NCBI GenBank assembly: GCA_045863235.1
Contig: BTUM01000003.1
Coordinates: forward strand, 96,001-160,000
Length of the DNA: 64,000 bases
Reading direction: 5' to 3'
Source: Candidatus Xenobia bacterium
Lineage (GTDB): Bacteria > Vulcanimicrobiota > Xenobia > Xenobiales > QWHO01
The notes beneath the pieces are model-generated. The model worked only from the letters and a program-made list of their open reading frames with translations. It ran no database searches and was not told the DNA's origin. Shown in pieces: positions 27,379-36,194 of the stretch (the stretch's first letter is position 1; each line of letters opens with the position of its first letter). A program made the position numbers and the translations under genes.

Positions 27379-29997
27379 TCAGAACCCCGGCCCGAGCGGA
27401 CGCACCGGGTACTCCGGATCGTTGGTGGCCAGCGCGATCCCGTTCTTGTAGGACGTTTCCCACTTGATGCTGCGCGTGGCGGGCTGGTACAGGCCAGCGA
27501 TGCCACTCTTATAGGAAGTTCGCCACTGCATCCCGGCCTGAGTGGGATCGTAAACTCCCGCCACGCCGTTCTGGTAGGACGTCTGCCACTCAACCTGGCC
27601 GGTGGACGGGTTGAAAGCCGCCCCTACGCCATTCTTGTAGGACGTTTGCCACTCCACCGTCCCGGTCTCGGGCACGAACACGCCCCCGACCCCGTTCTTG
27701 TAAGAGGTCTTCTCCTCGAACTCTCCGCTGATCGGGTTGTAGACCACCGCGATGCCGTTCATATAGGCTGTCTTCCGCTCCAGGCGGACCTGCTCGCCGG
27801 GCTCAGGGGGCGGCCCGAGCTGGAGCGCGGGAGTGATCCGGGGCGCCACCGGCCTGGTTGCCGAAGGTTCTGCGGGGGGGGAGTGGGCAGTCCCGGCGTT
27901 GCGCTTGCCCACCCGCACTCCGGCCACCACCAGATGGGTGGGAGTCTCGGCGATGGCGGCCACGGGCCGCTCCTCGCTGACGGCCGAGAGAATCGGGTCA
28001 TCGAGCAGCACGGCCAGTCCGTCCAGGTCGCCCGAGCCACGCACCACGGCTCCCAGCTTGCCGGGCGTCTGCTCGAGCGCGTGGTGCAGATTGGCGCGCC
28101 ACTGGGGACCGGCCCAGCTGCGAGCGGCCAGGGACACGGTCTCGAGCACGGGACGAAGCCCGCTGGAGCCCTCGGCCGTCAGACAGCGCAGCGCACCCAG
28201 GGCCAGGGCCGCCTGGCTCCAGGTGGCATTGGGCCCATCCACCGTGGTCAGCCGCAGCAGCACGGGGGCGGCCGGGTGGTCCATGGCCTTCAGCCCGGCC
28301 CGCGCCAGCCACAGCTTCTCGTTGATGTCGGGGGTAGCGCGAGCCATCATCAGGGCCACCTGGGCCGTGCGCCGGATGGGGTCAGCGGGAGCCTGCTCGA
28401 GCGCCCGGCAGCCGGCCAGCACCACGGCCGCCTGGTTGGCGGCCTGAGGCCAGGGCTGGCTGCGGACCGCCTCCAGCAGCGGGTCGTCCGAGCTGACCAG
28501 GGCCACCACCTCGGCAGGAGGCAGGAGCGGGCTCAGGTTCTCAAGCAGGGTGATAGGGTCTTCCAGGTGCTGCAGGCCGACCCGGAGGACCTCGGGATCG
28601 CTCACCCTGCCCAGCACCGTCAGGGCCGGGGAGGCCTCGGCCGCGGACAGGGCGGCCACCAGCCGCTCGGGCGGGAGGTGCTCGCTCAGATCTCGGGCCG
28701 CCTGGGCGGGCGAGAAGGGCTGGTCGAGCTGGGCCGCCGCCGCCCGGTAGACCGCTGCCTGCGGCTCGGCCTGGACCAGCCGCGTCACCGCCTGAGGGGG
28801 GCTCTGCTCCAGCATCCACTGGCCCAGCCGGACGGCATCCTCATCCGAGAGCGGGGTCTTGCCCAGCAGCTCGGCGGCCCGGCTTGCATGCGGCTGATCG
28901 GTGGTTGAGAGAGCCTGCAGAGCCAGGTTGGCGCGTCCTTCGAGCTCGGGGACCTGGTCGAGGAACTCGCGCGTGGCGGGCGTGGCCAGTTGGCGCGCCA
29001 GCGCCTCGCTCTCGGAGGGGGCAAGCAGGGGGTGGATCTTCTCCAGCAGCGCTCTGGGCTCGAGCTCGACATGGTCGAGCCCGGCCTGCAGGGCCGGAAG
29101 CTGGGAGACCTGACCCAGCAGCGTCAGGGTGGGATTCTCCGGCTCCACCGCCGCCAGGGCCTCCACCAGCTGACGCTCGGACACCCGGTGCTTGAGCTCT
29201 CGGCTGGCCCCGCTCAGGGTGAACTCGGGCTGCAGCAAGAGGTGGCCCGCGGCCTCATAGGGCGGCTCCGGCAAGGCCTTGAACAGCCTGCTGACGGGAT
29301 GAGCGTCCGGGAGCTGCTCGAGCATCCACGACCCCAGCACCTGCACGTCCTTGGGGGGCAGTTCGTCCAGAAGGTGCGCCAACGGGGGCTTCGACTCGAG
29401 GTTGGTCAGGCACCACCGCTCGGCCGTAAAGCGGCCTTCCCGGGTGAGCTCCAGGCCATCGAGGGAGCGGAGGAAGCTCTTCAGCTCGGGGTCGGCCAGC
29501 TCGTTCAGGGCCGGGCGCACGGGCAGATCGTGCAGCGCCCGGCTCCACTCGGCGCCCGTGCGGGGCTCGGGACGAGCGGCCTGGTGCAGCAGCCAGTCCG
29601 CCGAGGGGGCCGACGCCTTGAGGGCAGGATGAGCCGGCAGCACCTGCTCCAGCCCTCTCTCCACCTGACCGCGCAGGGCCGGGTCGGACAGGTCGCGCAG
29701 CGCCAGAGCCAGCCCCGCCAACCCCGTCAGGCTGGCACTCGTGTCCAGAGCCAGCGCCTGCAGCGAGCGCCGCATCACTGCCAGGCGGCTCGTCGGCGTG
29801 GCTTCGGGGGGCGATGCCACCCGGGCCATGGCCAGCATCACCTGCTTCTCTGAAGGGGTCTCCATCTGCTCGAGCCGGGTCAGGCAATCCTCGCCGGCCT
29901 GGAGCTGCAGCTCTTGCTTCTTCCAAAATTGCAGCCGCCACGAGCTGCACGCCTGCAGCCCGCGGTTGGCTTCCTGGGAGAATCGGCTCAGCTCCAC
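27379..29997 (-). CDS. Large helical-repeat protein with internal VAGV tag and C-terminal 21-aa repeat domain
   Basis: 872-aa ORF; duplicated LG.WMLEQ segment; six T[SA]YxxG[IV] repeats. Confidence 0.85.
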   Translation of the reverse strand: MELSRFSQEANRGLQACSSWRLQFWKKQELQLQAGEDCLTRLEQMETPSEKQVMLAMARVASPPEATPTSRLAVMRRSLQALALDTSASLTGLAGLALALRDLSDPALRGQVERGLEQVLPAHPALKASAPSADWLLHQAARPEPRTGAEWSRALHDLPVRPALNELADPELKSFLRSLDGLELTREGRFTAERWCLTNLESKPPLAHLLDELPPKDVQVLGSWMLEQLPDAHPVSRLFKALPEPPYEAAGHLLLQPEFTLSGASRELKHRVSERQLVEALAAVEPENPTLTLLGQVSQLPALQAGLDHVELEPRALLEKIHPLLAPSESEALARQLATPATREFLDQVPELEGRANLALQALSTTDQPHASRAAELLGKTPLSDEDAVRLGQWMLEQSPPQAVTRLVQAEPQAAVYRAAAAQLDQPFSPAQAARDLSEHLPPERLVAALSAAEASPALTVLGRVSDPEVLRVGLQHLEDPITLLENLSPLLPPAEVVALVSSDDPLLEAVRSQPWPQAANQAAVVLAGCRALEQAPADPIRRTAQVALMMARATPDINEKLWLARAGLKAMDHPAAPVLLRLTTVDGPNATWSQAALALGALRCLTAEGSSGLRPVLETVSLAARSWAGPQWRANLHHALEQTPGKLGAVVRGSGDLDGLAVLLDDPILSAVSEERPVAAIAETPTHLVVAGVRVGKRNAGTAHSPPAEPSATRPVAPRITPALQLGPPPEPGEQVRLERKTAYMNGIAVVYNPISGEFEEKTSYKNGVGGVFVPETGTVEWQTSYKNGVGAAFNPSTGQVEWQTSYQNGVAGVYDPTQAGMQWRTSYKSGIAGLYQPATRSIKWETSYKNGIALATNDPEYPVRPLGPGF

Positions 29998-30037
29998 GAG
30001 ACCAGGTTAACCCGGGGGGCTGAAAGATTGTTGACCC
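29998..30037 (-). promoter_or_regulatory. Tandem-heptamer promoter, leaderless
   Basis: Minus strand: GGGTCAA-caat-CTTTCAG-N10-TAACCT-N6-GTG. Confidence 0.65.
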
Positions 30038-30082
30038 GTCGTGCTAAGAATAGGGGGCAACTTTGAACAGGGGTGAAAACCG

Positions 30083-31585
30083 TTGATCGCTTTGAGAAGG
30101 CTCCTCCCCATGCTGTTCCTGGCTTTGCTGCTGGGATGCCAGCAGACGCCTGGACCCACGCCCGCCCCCACCGCGAGCAAGCTCGTGCCCAGCACCACTG
30201 CGAGCCCCGCAGCCTCTCCCACGGTCAGTGCCGAGCCGGTGGACGTCTTGATCGTCGGAGCCGGTCTCGCCGGACTGACCACGGCCTACCAGCTCAAGCA
30301 GGCGGGCATCAGCTTCCGGGTGCTCGAGCTGACTCCCCGGGTAGGTGGACGCGCCCGCACCGCCAGCTACCCTGACGAGACCCAGGCCGAGGTGGGCCTG
30401 GCCGAATTCTGGACCGGCAATCCCGCCATCGATCTGGCCAAAGAGCTGAATGTCGAGCTCGAGCTCGTCGAGCCCGGCATGTCCAGTTTCATGGTGGACG
30501 GAAAGCTCTACCCCTTCACCGACTACGACTCCAACCAGGACTTCATCAAAGCCACTCTGGGCAAGGACTACCCGGAATACCAGGCCTGGGACAAGCGGAT
30601 GGAGGGTCTGGTGCACCAGGTCGAATCCGGCAAGATCCCGCCCGAGCTCATGAAGCTCAAAGACGAATCCTTCGAGGACTGGCTGGAGAAGGAGAAGCTC
30701 TCCCCCTTCGCCCGCAAGCTGGTGAAAGCCGTCATCGAGCCCGAGATCGGAACCAGCATCAAGAGGATCAGCGCCCTGGACGGCATCGCCGAGTGGCATC
30801 TCTTCGTCGGCAAAGGCGCCACGCCACAGCACTGCGTGGGCGGCAACGAGAAGCTCCCCCTGGCCCTGGCCAAAGCCATCGGCGAGGAGAACATCTCCCT
30901 CAACACCCAGGTCACCAACGTCATCGACGGCCCCGACGGCGTCGAAGTGCGGGCCGTGGACACCGCCAACTTCGACGGTAAGGTCTTCAAAGCAAAGTAC
31001 GTCGTGCTGACCGTCCCGCTCTATCGGTTGTTCGAGATCCAGTTTGTGCCGCGGCTAGACGACAAGGTGTATCAGGCCATTCACACCCAGTCGTGGGGCG
31101 CCTACTTCACCGCCCACTGCTTGCTGGATAGGGCCGCCGAGAAGTACTGGACCGTGGACGGCAACATCGTGCTGCCCATCCTGAGCGGGGGGGCGCTGGG
31201 GTGCATCTACCCCGGCCACGACGTCGGTCCCAAGGACTCGGTGATGCTCAACTTCCTGGTCACCGGGCCGCACGCGGAGGAGTTCAACAGCCGCACCAAG
31301 TCGCTCGACGACGTGCAAACCGCGATGGAGACGGCCATGGAGGAGACCTGGCCGGGGAGCAAGGCGATGATCAAGCGGTGGACGTTCTATCGCTATCACC
31401 CGCGGGCCATCGCTTCGTGGCCGGTGGGGCGGTCGAGGTTTGATGAGCTTTCCGAGGGGCTGCGCAAGCCGCACGGGCGCATCTACTTCGGGGGAGATTT
31501 CACGGAGAGCAGCCACTCGGATGGGGCCATGCGATCAGCCATTCGAATGAGTGGGCAGATCAAAGCCGTGCTGGGGAAGAAGTAG
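30083..31585 (+). CDS. Flavin monoamine oxidase family lipoprotein
   Basis: Lipobox LLLGC; VLIVGAGLAGL and RVGGR FAD motifs; C-terminal GRIYFGGDFT. Confidence 0.88.
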   Translation: MIALRRLLPMLFLALLLGCQQTPGPTPAPTASKLVPSTTASPAASPTVSAEPVDVLIVGAGLAGLTTAYQLKQAGISFRVLELTPRVGGRARTASYPDETQAEVGLAEFWTGNPAIDLAKELNVELELVEPGMSSFMVDGKLYPFTDYDSNQDFIKATLGKDYPEYQAWDKRMEGLVHQVESGKIPPELMKLKDESFEDWLEKEKLSPFARKLVKAVIEPEIGTSIKRISALDGIAEWHLFVGKGATPQHCVGGNEKLPLALAKAIGEENISLNTQVTNVIDGPDGVEVRAVDTANFDGKVFKAKYVVLTVPLYRLFEIQFVPRLDDKVYQAIHTQSWGAYFTAHCLLDRAAEKYWTVDGNIVLPILSGGALGCIYPGHDVGPKDSVMLNFLVTGPHAEEFNSRTKSLDDVQTAMETAMEETWPGSKAMIKRWTFYRYHPRAIASWPVGRSRFDELSEGLRKPHGRIYFGGDFTESSHSDGAMRSAIRMSGQIKAVLGKK

Positions 31586-31760
31586 CGAAGAACTTGTTCC
31601 GAGCGGCCCCAAGATCAAGGGCCCGACTTCTGCGCGCAGCGATCATCAGGTCAAGAATTCTGGAAAGACCTCTGCGTGTTGCGCGAGCACAACATGCTGG
31701 GCGTCGCGCAGCCGGAAAACCGTGTCAAGGGGTTCCCGACCGGGAGTTTCCCTTGATTGC
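31586..31760. repeat. Intergenic repeat family shared with 40318..40497 and 11545..11566
   Basis: AGAACTTGTTCCGAGCGGCCC (about 31589) and TGGGCGTCGCGCAGCCGGAAAACCGTGTCAAGGGGTTCC (31698..31736). Confidence 0.8.
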
Positions 31761-31882
31761 CTGGAAATTCGATCGCTCAGCAGGGTTTTCGTCCTCGAGG
31801 CGAAAACATGCACTCCTGGTTGTCCGTCGTTTCATTTTGTGACCGTCGATAGCCTCATTCTCATTCAACTCAAGGAGGCTAT

Positions 31883-32263
31883 ATGACGTATAGCGACAAG
31901 ACCCTGACCTGTTCTGATTGCCAACAGTCCTTCACGTTCACTGCCGGCGAGCAGGAGTTTCACGCATCCAAAGGCTTCACCAACCAGCCGGGCCGTTGCC
32001 CGGATTGCCGCGCCGCCCGCAAGCGGAGCGGCGGTGGCGACCGCGGTGGGTATTCCGACAGCCGCGGTGGCGGTGGTTACGGTGGCGGTGGAGCCCGCGA
32101 AATGCACCCGGCCACCTGCGCCGAGTGTGGCAAGCAGACCGAGGTTCCCTTCGTTCCCACCGGCGCCCGCCCGGTTTACTGCCGCGACTGCTTCTCCCGT
32201 CAGGGCGGCGGTGGCGGTGGGGGTGGCCGCCGTGGCGGCGGTGGCGGTCGCGACCGCTACTAA
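31883..32263 (+). CDS. Zinc-ribbon / CxxC-x17-CxxC domain protein with RGG-rich linkers
   Basis: DKTLTCSDC...FTAGEQEF...P.RCPDCR and CAECG..TEVPF.P...RPVYCRDCF; AAGGAGG SD. Confidence 0.92.
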   Translation: MTYSDKTLTCSDCQQSFTFTAGEQEFHASKGFTNQPGRCPDCRAARKRSGGGDRGGYSDSRGGGGYGGGGAREMHPATCAECGKQTEVPFVPTGARPVYCRDCFSRQGGGGGGGGRRGGGGGRDRY

Positions 32264-32345
32264 GAGAGGGAAGGCCTGAGGCGCCCTACGCGCCTATCAA
32301 TCTGGACTGTAGGGTCTCATTCCCGGCCCAGAGAACAGACCCCCC

Positions 32346-35141
32346 ATGACGAGCGCGCTGCTCATCGGCCGCAGTTCCGATCTGGAAGTGCTGGCCGGCC
32401 TCTGCCGCTCCGACCGGGGGGTCGGTTTGTTGTTGGTGGGCGCGAGCGAGATCGGCCGCAGCTCGGTCATGGGCGAGCTGGCCGAGCAACTGCGCTCGAG
32501 CAGGAAAGTGCTCGAGCTCGGTCCCAACACCTGCGTGGGCGAGTTGCTCGAGGCTCTGGCCGTCAAGGCCGAGCACCCCACCCGGCCGGCCTCGCTGGCC
32601 GGGGCTCTCCGGCGAGGTCTGGCCGGCAGCCAATGCGTCTTGCTGGTGGACGACTTCGAGCGGCTCGACTCGCTAACCCGGCGCACCCTCGAGCAACTGG
32701 CCCGGCTCACGCCGCCGGCCGGGTCGAGCTGGATCATCTCCGTCACCCCGCCCGCGGCGGTGCGCTTTCCCCGTTGCGCGCGTCAGACTTTGCCGCCTCT
32801 CTCCAACAGCGACATGTCCACCCTCATTCGCATGGAGCTCAAGGGCGAGCCCGGTGAAAGCCTGGAGGAGTGGCTGGTCGCCCGATCAGGCGGCTCTCCT
32901 CGCCGCCTGCGGCTGCTGGCCCTGATCCTGGCCGTGACCGGGCTCCTCAAGAAGCGAGGGGGACAGTTGGAGGCCTCCCGCTTGCCCACCGACCCCATGG
33001 CCGACGTGCTGTCCGCCCTCGAGTCGCTGGACGAGGATGCTCGTCTGCTGCTCGAGCTGGGCTGTCTGGCGGACGAGCCCTTTTCCTTCGAGGTCCTGGT
33101 CCACGCCAGCGGCCTGAGCCGCGATCGCGCCGAGCGCGCGGCCAGGCTGCTCAGCGACGGCGGCTTGCTGGAAGGCTTCCGCATCGGGCCCACCGAGCTG
33201 CGCAAGCTGGTGTCCACCGGCCTGCCGGACCGGACCCGACGCCGTCATCACGGACGCCTGGCCGATGCCCTGGAGGCGCTTGCAGGCACCGCGGCCGAGC
33301 GCGGAAGGCAGCTGGCCCGAGCCGGCAAGAGCTCGGATGCCGCCTGGTTGCTGATGGAGGCGGGGCGGCAGGCTCACGACCGGGGGCTCCTGGAGGAGGC
33401 CCTGCAGCTGTGGGAGACGGCGGCGAGCTGCCTGCTGCTTGGCGACCCCATCCCGGGGGTGGCCCGGGCCGACACCCTGCTTGCGCTCGGCCGCGCCGAG
33501 GAAGCCGAACGAGCTCTGGCCCGCCTGAACGATTCGCCCGAGGTGCGCCGGGCCCAGATCGACGCCCTCATCGCCAGGGAAGAATGGGACGAGGCCGGGC
33601 GGCTCTGCGAGCAAGCCCTGGAGACCACCCCAACGAAGGGCGAGCTCGAGCTCCGGCTGGCCCGGGTGCTGACCCACCGAGGCGACCGCGAGGGGGCCAT
33701 CGCGGCGCTGGAGCGCGCCCTGCCCGAGGTGGGTCCGGAGGCTCGCCTGTCGCTGGGGCGCCTCTCGCTGGCCACAGGAGACGTGCGTCGGCTGCGCGCC
33801 AGCGTCCAACCCCTGCTCGAACATCCCGAGCTGCGCTTCGAGGCGCTGCTGCTGCTGGCCGAAGGTGAGCAGATGGGCGGGCGGGGCTCGGCCGGGCGTG
33901 AGCGCTTGCAGGAGGCGGCCGCGCTGGCGAACCAGGAGAAGGTGCCCGAGCGCGAGGCCAGGGTGCATCTCTTGCAGGCCGGCTCCCTGCGCGACGAGGG
34001 GGACCTCGTCTGGGCAGCCGAAGCCTGCGAGCAAGCCGTGACCCTGCTGCGGCCGGCGGGAGAGAGCCTGGTCCTGACCGAGGCCCTGGAGCAGCTCCTG
34101 CGTTTGCGGTTGGAGCAAAACAAGCCTTCCGAGGCCGAGACCGTTCTGCGCGAGCTGGTGGCCGTCAGCGACGTCCTGGACGAATCGGGGCCCCGGGCCC
34201 GGGCGCGCCTGCGGCTGGGGCGCCTTCAGATCGAAAACGGACGAGCTGCCGAGGCGGTGGACTCATTGAGCCAGGCGGCTGAGCTGGCCCGGGGAAGCGA
34301 GCAGGCCGAGATCCTGACTGTGCTGGCGACCGCCAAACGCCTCCAGGGAAACAGCCAGGAGGCCATTGCGGTGGCCGAGCAGGCCGTTACCCGGGCCCGC
34401 GAGGCGGCCTCCAGCGAGCTGCTGGCCGCCTCGCTGGTGACTGTGGGAGAGCTCTCGGTGGACGCCCAGCAGTGGAGCCGGGCCCGGGAAGCCCTCGAGG
34501 AAGCCCGAGGACTGCTCCCCGAGGACCCCGGGTTGTCGAAGGCTCTGGCACGCCTGCACGAGCAGGGGGCTCTGCACCAGGTGCCCGGGCTGAGCGCGGA
34601 GGAGGCCCGGCGGATCCGACGCACGACCCGCACGCGCGCGCAACTTCCCGTCAATCCTCGCAGGATTCTCCCCTGGCTGGGGGCTGCGGTGGCCCTGGCT
34701 CTCTTCATGCTCTGGCCGCGCCCGGGCATCGTGCAGGTGGAGTCCCACCCGCCCGGCGCAGCGGTGGTGGTAGACGGAAAGCGCCACCAGGCGCCCTGCA
34801 CGCTCAAGCTCTCGCCCGGCAGCCACGAAGTCAAGGTGGCCCTGCAGGGATACAAGTCCCATGTCGAGCGGGTGGAACTGAGCGCTGGTCAGAGCTTCAA
34901 GCTGGTGGCCCGGCTCGAGAGCGCCTCGGGCGCGGTCCGTTTCTCCACCCAACCCAAAGGGGCCAGGATCTACCTCGAGGGGCGCCTCAAGGGGGTCTCT
35001 CCGTTGGAGCTCAAGGGCCTGCCACCCAGGCGCTTCCAGGTCCTGGTGGTCAAACCTGGTTATCTCGATTACCTGGGAGCGGTGGACGTGGTCGCCGGCA
35101 AGACCCGCAACCTGTCGGTCAACCTGAAACAAGCGCGATGA
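32346..35141 (+). CDS. AAA/STAND-like ATPase plus TPR, TM helix and two PEGA domains
   Basis: IGR..DL, Walker-like GASEIGRSS and LLVDD; TPR-like helices; VESHPPGA.V.VDG and STQPKGA.IYLEG PEGA motifs. Confidence 0.8.
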   Translation: MTSALLIGRSSDLEVLAGLCRSDRGVGLLLVGASEIGRSSVMGELAEQLRSSRKVLELGPNTCVGELLEALAVKAEHPTRPASLAGALRRGLAGSQCVLLVDDFERLDSLTRRTLEQLARLTPPAGSSWIISVTPPAAVRFPRCARQTLPPLSNSDMSTLIRMELKGEPGESLEEWLVARSGGSPRRLRLLALILAVTGLLKKRGGQLEASRLPTDPMADVLSALESLDEDARLLLELGCLADEPFSFEVLVHASGLSRDRAERAARLLSDGGLLEGFRIGPTELRKLVSTGLPDRTRRRHHGRLADALEALAGTAAERGRQLARAGKSSDAAWLLMEAGRQAHDRGLLEEALQLWETAASCLLLGDPIPGVARADTLLALGRAEEAERALARLNDSPEVRRAQIDALIAREEWDEAGRLCEQALETTPTKGELELRLARVLTHRGDREGAIAALERALPEVGPEARLSLGRLSLATGDVRRLRASVQPLLEHPELRFEALLLLAEGEQMGGRGSAGRERLQEAAALANQEKVPEREARVHLLQAGSLRDEGDLVWAAEACEQAVTLLRPAGESLVLTEALEQLLRLRLEQNKPSEAETVLRELVAVSDVLDESGPRARARLRLGRLQIENGRAAEAVDSLSQAAELARGSEQAEILTVLATAKRLQGNSQEAIAVAEQAVTRAREAASSELLAASLVTVGELSVDAQQWSRAREALEEARGLLPEDPGLSKALARLHEQGALHQVPGLSAEEARRIRRTTRTRAQLPVNPRRILPWLGAAVALALFMLWPRPGIVQVESHPPGAAVVVDGKRHQAPCTLKLSPGSHEVKVALQGYKSHVERVELSAGQSFKLVARLESASGAVRFSTQPKGARIYLEGRLKGVSPLELKGLPPRRFQVLVVKPGYLDYLGAVDVVAGKTRNLSVNLKQAR

Positions 35142-35188
35142 GGACGCGTGCGGAAACTCTCCCATCCCTGGCCGGTTTCACCTCCATC

Positions 35189-36151
35189 ATGAAGCTCCGC
35201 GCTCTGCTCGTGATCGTGCTCGCCCTGGCGGTGGCCCGGGCGGCACCGCCCTACGACCCGCTCCGGCTCCCGGCCGGCGAGACGACCACCCTCGAGCTCG
35301 AAGTGGCCGGAGAGCGCGAGCTGCCCCTGTTGATCTACCTGCCTTTCGATCGCTCACCGGCCCCGGTGGTGCTGTTCAGTCACGGTCTGGGAGGCTCGCG
35401 ATATGGCAGCAGCTTCCTGGGCAAGCACTGGTCCGGACGAGGCTACGTGGTGGTCTATCTCCAGCATCCCGGCAGCGATGACTCGGTCTGGAAGGAGCAG
35501 CAGAGGGGTCGACGTCTGGCGGCCATGAAGAGCGCAGCCAGCGCCGAGAACCTGCGCCTGCGGATCGCGGACGTGCCGCGCGTGCTCGATCAGCTCACCG
35601 CCTGGAGCCAGGAGCCCGGCCACCCACTATCCGGTCGGCTGGACCTGACTCGGATCGGCATGTCCGGCCACTCCTTTGGAGCCCTCACCACCCAGGCCGT
35701 GGGCGGACAGAGCTTTCCCCTGCTGGGAGCGAGGGGGACGGACAGCCGCATCCGGGCCGCCCTGCCGATGAGCCCGAGCGCCCCCCGAGCCGGCGATGTC
35801 CAGAAGGCCTTCGGACAGGTCGCGATCCCCTGGATGCTGATGACCGGAACCGAGGACACCTCGCGCATCGTCAACCTCACCGTCGAAGAGCGGCTGGCCG
35901 TCTACCCTGCCCTGCCGCCGGGCGGGAAGTACGAGCTGGTGCTGAACCGGGCGAAGCACTCAGCCTTCACCAACCGTCCTCTGCCAGGCGACGGCGGAGG
36001 GCGCAATCCCAACCACCACCGCTCCATTCTGGCCCTGAGCACGGCCTTCTGGGACGCCTACCTCAAGGAAGATCCAGCCGCTCGCGAGTGGCTGGACGGG
36101 GCGGGTCCGCGGGATGTGCTCGATCCCGAGGACCGCTGGCAGCACAAGTAA
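35189..36151 (+). CDS. Secreted alpha/beta hydrolase (dienelactone hydrolase/PAF-AH-like)
   Basis: FSHGLGG, nucleophile GHSFG, GTED and AKHSAF; signal peptide; alternative start at 35138. Confidence 0.9.
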   Translation: MKLRALLVIVLALAVARAAPPYDPLRLPAGETTTLELEVAGERELPLLIYLPFDRSPAPVVLFSHGLGGSRYGSSFLGKHWSGRGYVVVYLQHPGSDDSVWKEQQRGRRLAAMKSAASAENLRLRIADVPRVLDQLTAWSQEPGHPLSGRLDLTRIGMSGHSFGALTTQAVGGQSFPLLGARGTDSRIRAALPMSPSAPRAGDVQKAFGQVAIPWMLMTGTEDTSRIVNLTVEERLAVYPALPPGGKYELVLNRAKHSAFTNRPLPGDGGGRNPNHHRSILALSTAFWDAYLKEDPAAREWLDGAGPRDVLDPEDRWQHK

Positions 36152-36155
36152 TGCC

Positions 36156-36194
36156 CTTCCAAATTCTTTGAGGGTCAGCCCCTACCATTCCCCC
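36156..36194 (+). promoter_or_regulatory. Tandem-heptamer promoter, leaderless
   Basis: CTTCCAA-att-CTTTGAG-N10-TACCAT-N6-ATG. Confidence 0.65.

Noticed and set aside
31586..31610. LexA/SOS box in GAACTTGTTC
   Set aside because: The spacing is GAAC-N2-GTTC rather than N4, and it is part of a repeat module located after stop codons.
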